From IMG/VR virus record IMGVR_UViG_3300033407_000018, positions 1 to 56,078 of that record: DNA of 56,078 nt, one strand, 5' to 3'. Positions 7,162 to 15,690 of the stretch are shown here, one piece after another. This DNA is from a virus. Its lineage: Duplodnaviria > Caudoviricetes. The notes beneath the pieces were generated by a model. The model was not told the DNA's origin, ran no database searches, and saw only the letters and a program-made list of their open reading frames with translations. Within the stretch, counting starts at the first letter, position 1. Each line of letters begins with the position of its first letter. The translations under genes and the position numbers were made by a program.

Positions 7162-8114
7162 AAAGCCTCCTGAAGTTGCGGCTTAAAGCACCGCGCAATG
7201 TGGCTGGATAGTGGCAGCGGAATCTTCGCGATTTGAGCGGAGGCGGCTTTGCGGGAGTCTGATTTTGACGAGAGGCGGCCAAGTCCTTCCGCGTACCAGG
7301 CCCGACCGGACTTCATGCCAGACTGAAGTCCAGCAACCCGCGTAAAATCTTGACCGCGCTTCGTCCTATCGGACCAATTCAACCCTTGCGATTTGTAGCC
7401 GGTAGACATCACGCTTTCGGTCTGAAACGACCTACCGGAGCCATCGAAGCGAAAGCCTGGATTCTTAAGGCCGTACCTACCATCAAAGTGCCCGCCTTCG
7501 CGGTCCTTCCACATTTGCGGAGAATTTCCAGACGACTTGTGTCCGTGAAAGTTCGTCTCGCCGTTCGACCTATGCGCCACTCCCTGTTTCATGACTTGAC
7601 GGTTCAGTGTTATCGGCATCAAGGCCGGCACGTCGCCCCACAGGTGAAAACTGCCGTAATGCCACTGCGATCGACCTACCCATGGAATCGCCCCACGCAC
7701 GTTTTCGACAATCAGTGGAATGTATCGGCCTGCCGCTTTACACGCTTCACGTTGAATACGAAAGCAGGCGTCAAAGAGGGCCGTCAGCTGATCCAGTGTC
7801 CGAGATCCGCGATAGCCTTCCGGGAATTCATCTTCCCCGCGCAGTGCTCTGGCAATCTGCTTTGCCCGCGTCCACGGCATGGCCATGTATGAGAATTCCG
7901 TGCAGGGCGGACTCGCGACGATAATGTCCGCGTCCTTGAACTGCGAACCGTGTAGCGTGAGTACGTCCTGAATTACAAGGTGGCCCGGATAGCCGCCCGT
8001 CCCGTAATCGTGGCGCTCGATGTCGAATCCCACAACGGTGTAGCCCTCAGTTAGGAAGCCTTCCGCCCAACCACCCAAACCGCAATAGATGTCAATACAC
8101 AACGGCTTACTCAC
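7158..8114 (-). CDS. C5-cytosine DNA methyltransferase-like protein
   Basis: Motif I DIYCGLGG, motif IV ASPPC, motif VI ENV. Confidence 0.8.
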   Translation of the reverse strand: MSKPLCIDIYCGLGGWAEGFLTEGYTVVGFDIERHDYGTGGYPGHLVIQDVLTLHGSQFKDADIIVASPPCTEFSYMAMPWTRAKQIARALRGEDEFPEGYRGSRTLDQLTALFDACFRIQREACKAAGRYIPLIVENVRGAIPWVGRSQWHYGSFHLWGDVPALMPITLNRQVMKQGVAHRSNGETNFHGHKSSGNSPQMWKDREGGHFDGRYGLKNPGFRFDGSGRSFQTESVMSTGYKSQGLNWSDRTKRGQDFTRVAGLQSGMKSGRAWYAEGLGRLSSKSDSRKAASAQIAKIPLPLSSHIARCFKPQLQEAL

Positions 8115-8158
8115 CGGCTTTCCCTTTCTCCCGCCTCTGCGGTACACTGCCGGGCCTT

Positions 8159-9328
8159 ATGCGGCGCAAAACCGGCTCCATTCAATTCCGTGACACGTCG
8201 TGGCGCATCAGCTACTACGACGTCAACCACACCCGGCAGTACGAGAGTTTCCCGACCGAGGAGGAGGCGGTTCGCGAGCTGGCGAAACGGCTGTCGGATG
8301 TCGCGCAGGGCATCCCGGTTACTGCTAAGCCGCACCTGGTGACGTTCGGAGAACTGGCGAACGACGTGGTTCGGCACTACCAGGTCCGCAAACATCGATC
8401 GGTGGATGACATCGAAGCCCGGTTCCGCGTGCACCTGAATCCGGTGTTTGGGCCACGCAAAGCCGCCTCCATCACGTCGGCGCAAATCAACCACTACATC
8501 CTTCAACGGCAGGCTCAGGGCGCGAAGGACGGCACCATCAACAGGGAATTGGAAGCCATAAGACGGGCGTTCAATCTCGCGTTTCAAGGCCGGAAGATTC
8601 TGACGAAGCCTCACATCACGATGCTGCCGGAGCGCAACGTCCGAAGCGGATTCTTCACCCGCGCCGAGGTCGACCGCCTGTGCTCGCACCTGGCGGCGCC
8701 GCTCGATTCGTTCGTGCTGTTTGGATTTCTGACCGGATGGCGCTACGCCGAGATTCAGAACCTCGAATGGCGCAACGTGGACTTTTCGGCCGGCGAGATC
8801 CGGCTGGACCCAGGCACGACCAAAAACGGCGAGGGCCGCGTTTTTCCGATGACGGACGAACTGCGCGCACTCCTGACTGCAGCGCTGGCAGCACAGCGCG
8901 CCAAGGCGGACAAAGTGAAATCCAAGGTCACACCCGCAAGCGCCGCATTCCTGACTTCCGTCTTTACCGCCAACCAAAAGCCCATCGGCCAGTTCCGCAA
9001 GCAGTGGAAAACCGCCTGCTATAAGGCCGGGTTGCCGTGTGTGGTGAAACCGGTCCTCCGCAAGGGAAGACCGGTCCTGGGTAGGGACGGACGGGCGGCA
9101 GTGAAGGTCGTGAAGGCGCAGCGCATCTTCCACGACTTGAGGCGCAGTGCGGCAAGGGAGATGGAACGGCAGGGCGTCAAGCGCAGTGTTATCATGGCCC
9201 TGATGGGACACAAAACCAGCAGCATGTTCGAACGCTACCGGATCGTGGACACTCAAGACTTGCGCGATGCCGTTGCGCTCCTGAATGGTGCCACAGGCGG
9301 TGCCAGAGAGGGGGGCGGTAACCGCTAA
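8159..9328 (+). CDS. int: tyrosine integrase
   Basis: TGWRYAE (R), TTKNGEGR (K), FHDLRR (HxxR), LMGHKT, RY catalytic Tyr. Confidence 0.95.
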   Translation: MRRKTGSIQFRDTSWRISYYDVNHTRQYESFPTEEEAVRELAKRLSDVAQGIPVTAKPHLVTFGELANDVVRHYQVRKHRSVDDIEARFRVHLNPVFGPRKAASITSAQINHYILQRQAQGAKDGTINRELEAIRRAFNLAFQGRKILTKPHITMLPERNVRSGFFTRAEVDRLCSHLAAPLDSFVLFGFLTGWRYAEIQNLEWRNVDFSAGEIRLDPGTTKNGEGRVFPMTDELRALLTAALAAQRAKADKVKSKVTPASAAFLTSVFTANQKPIGQFRKQWKTACYKAGLPCVVKPVLRKGRPVLGRDGRAAVKVVKAQRIFHDLRRSAAREMERQGVKRSVIMALMGHKTSSMFERYRIVDTQDLRDAVALLNGATGGAREGGGNR

Positions 9329-9540
9329 GTCCTTACGGCCCCGTAGCTCAGTCTGGACAGAGCAACGGTTTCCTAAACCTCCACGCCACTTGCCGTTATT
9401 TCCTCGCATACTGTTGCATCCATTGATATGGAGCGGCTTTCACCGTCTCGGTTTTGGGCTTCCGGCACCGTCTTTTCGGTGCCACGTTTTCAACGACTTT
9501 CACGGGCTTCGCTTGGGCTTCGGTGCCGGGAACGGTGCCA
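9287..9540. repeat. GGTGCC(A) arm-type repeats flanking attP
   Basis: Direct pairs with 12-bp period at 9287/9299 and 9522/9534; inverted pair at 9464/9478. Confidence 0.65.
9337..9379 (+). other. attP core: 5' half of tRNA-Arg(CCT)
   Basis: GGCCCCG-TA-GCTC-AGTCTGGACA-GAGC-A-ACGGT-TTCCTAA-ACC, then tRNA similarity stops; lies between convergent int and xis. Confidence 0.8.
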
Positions 9541-9716
9541 GACTTCGACGCGTCAATCAGCGCATCAAGGTCGGCCATGTCGATCAGGTAAGAGCGGCGG
9601 CCTGGGAGTTGGATAAATGGCAGCGATCCAGAGTGCATTAGGCGCAGCATCTCCGCATACGCGATACCGCGCAAAGCGCCCGCCTGTCGAACTCCCATCA
9701 ACCGCCGTTCGCTCAT
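9396..9716 (-). CDS. xis: excisionase / recombination directionality factor (HTH)
   Basis: LMGVRQAG...GSLPFIQLPGRRSYLIDMADLD AlpA/Xis-like pattern; adjacent to attP. Confidence 0.75.
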   Translation of the reverse strand: MSERRLMGVRQAGALRGIAYAEMLRLMHSGSLPFIQLPGRRSYLIDMADLDALIDASKSGTVPGTEAQAKPVKVVENVAPKRRCRKPKTETVKAAPYQWMQQYARK

Positions 9717-9913
9717 GACCGCTTCTTCCCCTTCGGCTTGTGCTGGGTGAGCGCGGATGCAGCGAGAGCGCGAATCTCGGAAGGCCTTATGCTGCCGGCG
9801 TAATGATCCGAGTAGCCGCCGCTATACAGCCTGACGGCGGTAACACCCTTCATCTTCCTCAACACCCGCCCCGCAATCGAAGCGACTCGTTTACTCGTGA
9901 CTTCCTTTGCCAT
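9713..9913 (-). CDS. small basic hypothetical protein
   Basis: MAKEVTSKRVASIAGRVL...LAASALTQ; GGAGG RBS. Confidence 0.6.
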   Translation of the reverse strand: MAKEVTSKRVASIAGRVLRKMKGVTAVRLYSGGYSDHYAGSIRPSEIRALAASALTQHKPKGKKRS

Positions 9914-10145
9914 GCGTCCTCCGTTCGTAACGCCGCCGCTGGCCTTCCCGGTTGCACGCCCGGCAGTGCCGCTTGCCGGTCGGATACCGATAAGTATTCT
10001 CGGCGCTCCACGGATGGCCGTTGACGCAGTGGGTGTCAAAGTCCGCCCGCCGCCGCTTCGAGACCTTCACTGGCTTCGGCCTCGGCGCGTCCTTCCGTGC
10101 AGCCGCCCGCTCGTAGATGCTCTGGAATAGCGCCTCGAAGGTCAT
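9891..10145 (-). CDS. zinc-binding protein resembling the CxxGH...CRxC tail of phage HNH nucleases
   Basis: THCVNGHPWSAENTY...RHCRACNRE. Confidence 0.65.
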   Translation of the reverse strand: MTFEALFQSIYERAAARKDAPRPKPVKVSKRRRADFDTHCVNGHPWSAENTYRYPTGKRHCRACNREGQRRRYERRTHGKGSHE

Positions 10146-10372
10146 CGTTTTTTGTTTTTGAAATCAAGAAACCACCCGGCCTGGGATTTAGTGACTGATA
10201 TGCGCGAAGACTGGCATTTCCCGTTTGCTTCAAGCTCGGCCCACGTTGTGCGGCCGCTCTGGACGAGGTTCATAGCACTACGGTAGCAGTGGCCACACAG
10301 TCCGCGGCTGGAGTTACGATGGCTCGTATCCCGATCACATTCCGGGTTCATGCAGGGCTTCGGATTCTTCAC
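10142..10372 (-). CDS. small Cys-rich protein
   Basis: CMNPEC...RGLCGHCY; coupled ORF. Confidence 0.6.
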   Translation of the reverse strand: MKNPKPCMNPECDRDTSHRNSSRGLCGHCYRSAMNLVQSGRTTWAELEANGKCQSSRISVTKSQAGWFLDFKNKKR

Positions 10373-10476
10373 TTCCCCCGCCTCCCCCGCCGCGAATCCT
10401 CCCAAATGCAGATAGCGACATGCGCGGCCAGCACGCCCACGATAATCAACGGTGTCAGGAGTGGAAGGTAGGTCAT
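10369..10476 (-). CDS. 35-aa single-TM protein
   Basis: MTYLPLLTPLIIVGVLAAHVAICIW; ATGA/GTGA overlaps. Confidence 0.5.
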   Translation of the reverse strand: MTYLPLLTPLIIVGVLAAHVAICIWEDSRRGRRGK

Positions 10477-10661
10477 CGGCGCGCTCCGTTCTTCTTTGCC
10501 TTCGGTTGCTGGATTCCGAGAAGGGCGTAAAGTTGGGGTTGCGCCCTGCGATGTCCGCGCATAATCTTGCAAATCATGGATTCGCTCATGCCGAGCGCCC
10601 TGGATATTTGAGCGTTGGTAAGCTTTTGTTTGTCACGCGCTTTTTGTAGAGCGTTTTGCAT
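10473..10661 (-). CDS. Cro-like XRE HTH regulator
   Basis: LTNAQISRALGMSESMICKIMRG HTH; first gene of the leftward operon. Confidence 0.8.
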   Translation of the reverse strand: MQNALQKARDKQKLTNAQISRALGMSESMICKIMRGHRRAQPQLYALLGIQQPKAKKNGARR

Positions 10662-10668
10662 GGCGCTA

Positions 10669-10745
10669 ACATTACTCACACGTCCGACCGTCTGTCAAGT
10701 ACGGAATTTTTAGTGCTTGACATACGATTGTATCACTACTAATCT
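10669..10745. promoter_or_regulatory. back-to-back early promoters
   Basis: - strand TTGACA(10693-10698)-18nt-TAATGT; + strand TTGACA(10717-10722)-17nt-TAATCT; both about 7 nt from start codons (leaderless-like). Confidence 0.7.
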
Positions 10746-10752
10746 CTGTGCC

Positions 10753-11007
10753 GTGAACGACCACCCCAAGCCGAAACCAGAAAGCGCCAGTCAGCCGGAA
10801 GTCGCAACGTCTCACGTCCCGAACCCGTCCGCAGTACAGACGGCAGTAGGTACGAGCGAGCCGCATGTTAAGGGCCGCGTAGTCGAGACGGGGCGTCCAG
10901 TAAGGTTCACTCGTGGTTCGACCGCGACGGTGAGCCGTTCGGCCACACGTGCGCGGCTACACTGGAAAAAGCGCTACTGGCGGCGCTTTCGGAAGGGTAT
11001 CGAGTGA
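10753..11007 (+). CDS. hypothetical protein (3' frame uncertain)
   Basis: GTG 7 nt after the -10 box; an alternative frame ending at 11015 looks more protein-like after the GGGG near 10890. Confidence 0.4.
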   Translation: MNDHPKPKPESASQPEVATSHVPNPSAVQTAVGTSEPHVKGRVVETGRPVRFTRGSTATVSRSATRARLHWKKRYWRRFRKGIE

Positions 11008-11017
11008 AGGAGTAACG

Positions 11018-11197
11018 ATGGACATCAACGACACCCCGAGCCCGGAGCTGTTTCTGATCGGCGGCATTGACCAAGTGGTGAAGAGTTACCTGTCCGGAAT
11101 AGACGATCCGGAGTTGCCGCTACTGCGCATCCGCAACCTCATCGACGCCTACGACGCACGGAAGGCGCGGGACCGGGAGAAGTTATGCGAGTCCTAA
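11018..11197 (+). CDS. hypothetical protein
   Basis: AAGGAG RBS, MDINDTPSPE. Confidence 0.65.
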   Translation: MDINDTPSPELFLIGGIDQVVKSYLSGIDDPELPLLRIRNLIDAYDARKARDREKLCES

Positions 11198-11412
11198 CCG
11201 AGACGCACCTGTACTCCTGCGGCAAGTGCGGCGCGAACTTCAACCCCGGCCAGCGCTGCGATTGCCCGGACGGCACGTGCGTCATTTGCCAAGGTGACTT
11301 GTGGGACAACGATTGCGTTTTGACCAGAGATGGCCCGGCGCATGAGGCGTGCGGGTTGGCGCGGTACGACGAGCGGGATTCAACCGCGAGTTTGGGATTG
11401 GAGACACGATGA
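11185..11412 (+). CDS. Cys-rich zinc-binding protein
   Basis: CGKCGANFNPGQRCDC...CVIC...HEAC. Confidence 0.65.
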   Translation: MRVLTETHLYSCGKCGANFNPGQRCDCPDGTCVICQGDLWDNDCVLTRDGPAHEACGLARYDERDSTASLGLETR

Positions 11413-11768
11413 AATACCGGACAGTCGTGGAACGCATCGGCGAAAAGGTCGGGCCGATTGATTGGGATTACGACTTCTTGGGTCACTACAACCGAATGTG
11501 CGGCTGCCGCGACCCGCGTAGCATCGAACGCAGCGAAAAAGCCGTAGCGATACTGAGACACCTCTCGGAGTCGGACGGCTGGCAGGTCCGCAACGGTGAC
11601 TACTGGTACGACGTGTACGACGTTGGAATGTATGACGGGTGGCCATTTTGGAAACCAACACCAGCGGTGTTTGTTCAAGAGCGCGTGCTGGGCGGCGGTC
11701 AGTGGAAATTCTTCTACGAACTCGATGAAGTCAGGCGCAAGGCCGGGATTCCCAAGGAGGGTATGTGA
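11409..11768 (+). CDS. hypothetical protein
   Basis: ATGA-coupled, aromatic-rich, about 119 aa. Confidence 0.65.
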   Translation: MKYRTVVERIGEKVGPIDWDYDFLGHYNRMCGCRDPRSIERSEKAVAILRHLSESDGWQVRNGDYWYDVYDVGMYDGWPFWKPTPAVFVQERVLGGGQWKFFYELDEVRRKAGIPKEGM

Positions 11769-11805
11769 GCGATTTTACGAAAGGCCCGTGGTGGAAGGTG
11801 ATGCC

Positions 11806-12090
11806 ATGAAAGTTGAAGTCTTGAGAGTCAATGGATCCATCGAACCGCACTACGTCGATAGCCGTAAGGCGATCCAATTAATAGCGGCGCTGATTGGCGC
11901 AGAAATATGTGACTCGGTAAACCTGAGAGACGGCCGCATTATGATCGTTGACGATACCGGCCTGATTGACGGCAAGCCGCATAACCCGCAAGCGACAAGC
12001 CTTTACCACTCGATTTATCCCAGAGCCAAGGCGAGCAATCGACCGATTGTCGGTGATGTCGCTATCGCCGTGGATGAGGATTTCGCATGA
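11806..12090 (+). CDS. DUF3846-like protein
   Basis: MIVDDTGL...PHNPQAT...IVGDV pattern. Confidence 0.65.
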   Translation: MKVEVLRVNGSIEPHYVDSRKAIQLIAALIGAEICDSVNLRDGRIMIVDDTGLIDGKPHNPQATSLYHSIYPRAKASNRPIVGDVAIAVDEDFA

Positions 12091-12317
12091 CCAACCAGGA
12101 ACGCCGCATCCGCCTGCTGATCGACCAAGAAGAGGCCGACGAAAAGCGGTCGAAACACATCGCGGCTCAGGCCGGAGTGCAAAACGAGCAACTGTTGAAT
12201 TACTACGCCAGCATCGACGCCGCGCTACTCAACCTGTCGCAAGCGTACCGGCTGGCGGGTTACTGCTTGGACGGGATGATGGACCGGGAAGCGTGCGGGA
12301 AGGTGGGGCGGGAATGA
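12087..12317 (+). CDS. hypothetical protein
   Basis: ATGA-coupled ORF. Confidence 0.6.
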   Translation: MTNQERRIRLLIDQEEADEKRSKHIAAQAGVQNEQLLNYYASIDAALLNLSQAYRLAGYCLDGMMDREACGKVGRE

Positions 12318-12631
12318 CGCAGCGTATTTCGGAATCAACGAAACGGTGGCTGGCTAGTGGCAACACGGCAGACAGCGTTCGATTGAAATGGCGCGCCCAT
12401 CGTGTTGCGAATTACATCAAACTGATGGACTTCATCCGGTCATTCGACGGCGATTGGATTGACGTGTCGGAATGCCAGCAGCATCTGTTCGGCACATCGA
12501 CTCAGATGGAGTGCGAGGCGCACCGGAGACAAACCCGGCGGATGCTGCACGTCCTTGCGGCTGGCGGACTGATTAAAATCGACGGTGCAGGTAGACGCAC
12601 TGGAATGTGGGTCAGGAGGATTCGCGCGTGA
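12314..12631 (+). CDS. possible winged-helix DNA-binding protein
   Basis: TRRMLHVLAAGGLIKIDG C-terminal pattern. Confidence 0.5.
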   Translation: MTQRISESTKRWLASGNTADSVRLKWRAHRVANYIKLMDFIRSFDGDWIDVSECQQHLFGTSTQMECEAHRRQTRRMLHVLAAGGLIKIDGAGRRTGMWVRRIRA

Positions 12632-12786
12632 CGCTCTGGATCGCCGCCATCTGCGGTTTTATCGCCGCGTTCCTGTTGGGATTCGGCTACGGCTTCATCT
12701 ACGCGCTGGACCGGCAGCGGTATGAGCCGCCGGAAACAAAAGCGCTTCGGGAGCTGGAGCGCATTTATCACTTGGAGGAACGATGA
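12628..12786 (+). CDS. 52-aa membrane protein
   Basis: LWIAAICGFIAAFLLGFGYGFIY TM segment; AGGAGG RBS. Confidence 0.55.
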   Translation: MTLWIAAICGFIAAFLLGFGYGFIYALDRQRYEPPETKALRELERIYHLEER

Positions 12787-13190
12787 AATTTGAGATCAAG
12801 CACGGATACATAAACGCTGTGCTGTTTACCGCGGAAGCCTTCAGTCTGAGACTTGCGGTTGAAGCCGCCGTTTCGTCCGGCGCGAACCTGTACGGCGCGA
12901 ACCTGCACGGCGCGCTAAAAGACGATACCGTGCTGCCGACCGGCGAAACGTGGAAGGAGTACTTATCCGTGACAGTGCCAGCGTTGTTGACCGCAGGCGG
13001 AAAGACGCTCGACAGTTTTGGCGAGCACTGGGAGTGCCACGACTGGAGCAACTGCCCGATGGCGCATGCTTTTAGCGCGCCGGATTTGTCTGAAGTCCCG
13101 ATGCTGCTTCGGCCGCGAGCCGAGCAATTTATTCAATTCTTCGACGCCAGACTGATCCCGTGGCCGCTGCCGGCCGTGGAGGAACGATGA
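12783..13190 (+). CDS. pentapeptide-repeat family protein with only about 2 repeats
   Basis: LRLAVEAAVSSGANLYGANLHGA; 15-bp tandem GGCGCGAACCTGYAC. Confidence 0.75.
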   Translation: MKFEIKHGYINAVLFTAEAFSLRLAVEAAVSSGANLYGANLHGALKDDTVLPTGETWKEYLSVTVPALLTAGGKTLDSFGEHWECHDWSNCPMAHAFSAPDLSEVPMLLRPRAEQFIQFFDARLIPWPLPAVEER

Positions 13191-13444
13191 TGAAGGACAA
13201 ATACGACGAGACTGCCGAGCGTGTTCAGTCCGACATCATCGAGCACCGGCGGATTTCGAGAAAACGTGAGTTCACGAAAGTGCTCGCCGGATTCTTGGCT
13301 GGCGATCAGGTGGCCAAGTCTATCTGGTTGCAAATGGGGAAGCCGTTGGCGCAAGAGTGGGCCAATCTGCGGGCATCAACGCCACTATCCGGCTACCCGA
13401 CAGTCAAGGAAGCGGAGCAACTGCTAAAGGAGTTCCTCCGATGA
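13187..13444 (+). CDS. hypothetical protein (MMKDKYDE...)
   Basis: GGAGG RBS; coupled. Confidence 0.65.
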   Translation: MMKDKYDETAERVQSDIIEHRRISRKREFTKVLAGFLAGDQVAKSIWLQMGKPLAQEWANLRASTPLSGYPTVKEAEQLLKEFLR

Positions 13445-13749
13445 AAGACAAATACGACGAAGCGGTCGAGTACCTGACGGCGCATCCGGGGGAGATCAGA
13501 GATACGTGGCGTTATCCGTTTGATAGCAGGGCGGGCTGTTTGTTTAATTACGCCGCGCCGGGATGTGGATGCCTCACGCAAATCGCGCGCATGAGTAGTG
13601 ATGGCGTCCCGCATCGTGACGACCTGACGGAAGCCATTCGCGCCGACTCCCGCATCCCGCGCCGAAGCATCGACATCACCGTCGAATCCCTGCCGGTGTT
13701 CGCGGAATGGCAACGGCGGCTGGATGTGGAGCTGGGGCGATGCCCATAA
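13441..13749 (+). CDS. hypothetical protein (MKDKYDE...)
   Basis: AAGGAG RBS; GCLF...CGCLTQI. Confidence 0.65.
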   Translation: MKDKYDEAVEYLTAHPGEIRDTWRYPFDSRAGCLFNYAAPGCGCLTQIARMSSDGVPHRDDLTEAIRADSRIPRRSIDITVESLPVFAEWQRRLDVELGRCP

Positions 13750-13925
13750 CCCTCACCATCGCAGAAGCCCCGGACGGGTGGGACGAAAGCCGCTACGGTG
13801 CGGAAATCTGCTGCTTGCCGTGCCGGGAGACGGTCGTCACGGAGTACGGCTGGGGATGCCGTCCGTTGACGCTCAGCGTGCGGTGTCCGCAGTGCAGCGA
13901 GGTTGTCGCGGAGTGGCTGGCGTAA
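13740..13925 (+). CDS. small zinc-ribbon protein
   Basis: CLPC...CPQC. Confidence 0.55.
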   Translation: MPITLTIAEAPDGWDESRYGAEICCLPCRETVVTEYGWGCRPLTLSVRCPQCSEVVAEWLA

Positions 13926-13939
13926 GAAAGGAAATCATT

Positions 13940-15058
13940 ATGAGTTCAGAAGTAACCGAAACGACGGCGGTAGCGGTACGCGAACAACGGTCGGTCGTGC
14001 TCTCGCCGGTCATGGACCTGCACACAGCCAAAGCGCGCATGAAGGACTTTCAGGAGTTCGTCGCGCATTATCTGGAGCCGTCCACGGACGGCGGTCAGGA
14101 CGGCGGCGACTACGGGCCGATACCTGGGGCCGGCAAAAAGAAAGTGCTGCTGAAGTCCGGCGCGGACAAGCTCGGTGAACTGTACGGCCTCTATGACGAG
14201 TACGACATCGAGGCGAAGGAAGATTTCGAGTCCCGGCTGTTCTACTACAAAATCAAATGCATCCTGCGTTCCCGGCGCGACGACTCGATTGTCGGCACCG
14301 GCGTCGGATCGTGCTCGACCTATGAGAGTAAGTATCGGTGGCGCGACTCGCAGCGGGTGTGCCCGAAGTGCCAGTCGTCGGCCATTATCAAAGGGAAAGA
14401 AGAGTACGGCGGCGGGTGGCTATGCTTCGCCAAGAAGGGTGGATGCGGCGCGAAGTTCCAGGTTGGCGATGCGTCGATCGAAGGCCAGAGCATCGGCCGT
14501 GTTGAGAATCCAGACATCCTCGATACGGTCAACACCGTTCTGAAGATGGCGAAGAAGCGCGCGAAGATTGACGCCATTATCGGGGTGACGCGATCCAGCG
14601 GCATATTCACGCAGGATCTCGAAGACGTAGCCATGCCGCCGAAGCCCGCTGTCGAAACCATCGACCATGACATTGACCTTGGAAGTCCTGCAAAGGGCAG
14701 CGCAGTGGGTAACAAGGAGGCGCCAGCTTCCGGCGCGTCTTCAAAGGCCACCACGGCGAAGGCTTCCAAAAAGGCGGCGGGCGCCGTTGGGCCGGAACCC
14801 GCCGCACCTTCTGACGAACAAGCGAAGTCGCTCGATGAGTACTGCACCAAGGAAATGCAGGACTGGCTACGGATGAAGTTCAAGGATGCGCTGCCCGCGA
14901 AATACCAACCGCATTCCGACCAGCTGCGGCGCGACTGGTTGGCGATGCGCGGCTACAAGGACGACAAAGGCGTCGGCACGTCGAAGAAGATTCCGTTGGT
15001 GCTGTTCAAGGCCGTGGCGCGGGATGCGTTGAATCACGCGAAGGGACTGGAGGGATGA
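13940..15058 (+). CDS. putative single-strand annealing/recombination protein with zinc-ribbon insert
   Basis: LLKSGADKL...GVGSCSTYESKY...CPKC...NTVLKMAKKRA...FTQDLED; directly upstream of an exonuclease. Confidence 0.65.
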   Translation: MSSEVTETTAVAVREQRSVVLSPVMDLHTAKARMKDFQEFVAHYLEPSTDGGQDGGDYGPIPGAGKKKVLLKSGADKLGELYGLYDEYDIEAKEDFESRLFYYKIKCILRSRRDDSIVGTGVGSCSTYESKYRWRDSQRVCPKCQSSAIIKGKEEYGGGWLCFAKKGGCGAKFQVGDASIEGQSIGRVENPDILDTVNTVLKMAKKRAKIDAIIGVTRSSGIFTQDLEDVAMPPKPAVETIDHDIDLGSPAKGSAVGNKEAPASGASSKATTAKASKKAAGAVGPEPAAPSDEQAKSLDEYCTKEMQDWLRMKFKDALPAKYQPHSDQLRRDWLAMRGYKDDKGVGTSKKIPLVLFKAVARDALNHAKGLEG

Positions 15059-15690
15059 CCACCGTCATCGTATCCACCTGCGTCTGTGGCTCGCTGTCGA
15101 AAGAGACGGTGCTTTGTCCGGACCATCATCGATACTTCCGCGAGGGGCGCGAGTTTGCCAGCGTGAGCCGCGTCCTGCGCTCTGTCTGGCCGGTGAAGCC
15201 CGACTACTCGAAAGCGCCGGCGGACGTGCTGGAGAACGCGAGACTGCGAGGCGTCGAGGTCGATGCGCTGTTTTCCGCCTACGTTGCCGGGGCGCTGAAG
15301 CGCATTCCGGCCGGGACGCGGGCCGACGCGGTGAAACTGTTTATGCGGCTCCGCGAATGGTGGGACGAGACACACGCGGACCATGCCGCGTCGTCTCAGG
15401 TCATCCTCGCGGATGACGACATCGCCGGGACGTGCGACGTGATCATCGGCGGCGGTGTGTGGGACCTGAAGGCGACTTACGACGTGGACGACTCCTACCC
15501 GCTGCAGGTCGGCATGTACGGCTTGCTGTACGCAGCTATGTACGGGCGGCCGCCCGACGCTCTGGGCATCATCCATGTCACGGAGCGGTACGCGACACCG
15601 AAGGTCATCAGCTTGCCGGTCGAGGAAACAATGCGGGATGCGGCGTTAATCCGCGATACCTGGCGGATGGCGCAGAGGAGGATTGGGTGA
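15055..15690 (+). CDS. PD-(D/E)XK exonuclease-like protein
   Basis: SVSRVL, RGVEVD, IAGTCD, WDLKAT, LQVGMY. Confidence 0.75.
   Translation: MTTVIVSTCVCGSLSKETVLCPDHHRYFREGREFASVSRVLRSVWPVKPDYSKAPADVLENARLRGVEVDALFSAYVAGALKRIPAGTRADAVKLFMRLREWWDETHADHAASSQVILADDDIAGTCDVIIGGGVWDLKATYDVDDSYPLQVGMYGLLYAAMYGRPPDALGIIHVTERYATPKVISLPVEETMRDAALIRDTWRMAQRRIG

Noticed and set aside
9337-9379. Complete tRNA-Arg gene
   Set aside because: No T arm or 3' acceptor strand follows; treated as the attP core
8111-9409. 432-aa - strand ORF and similar long antisense ORFs (22637-23635, 34401-35702, 39366-40283)
   Set aside because: Shadow frames of well-supported genes in GC-rich DNA with no motifs of their own
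15055-15690. Cas4 / CRISPR adaptation gene
   Set aside because: PD-(D/E)XK motifs are present but the C-terminal Cys cluster is missing; context fits a recombination exonuclease
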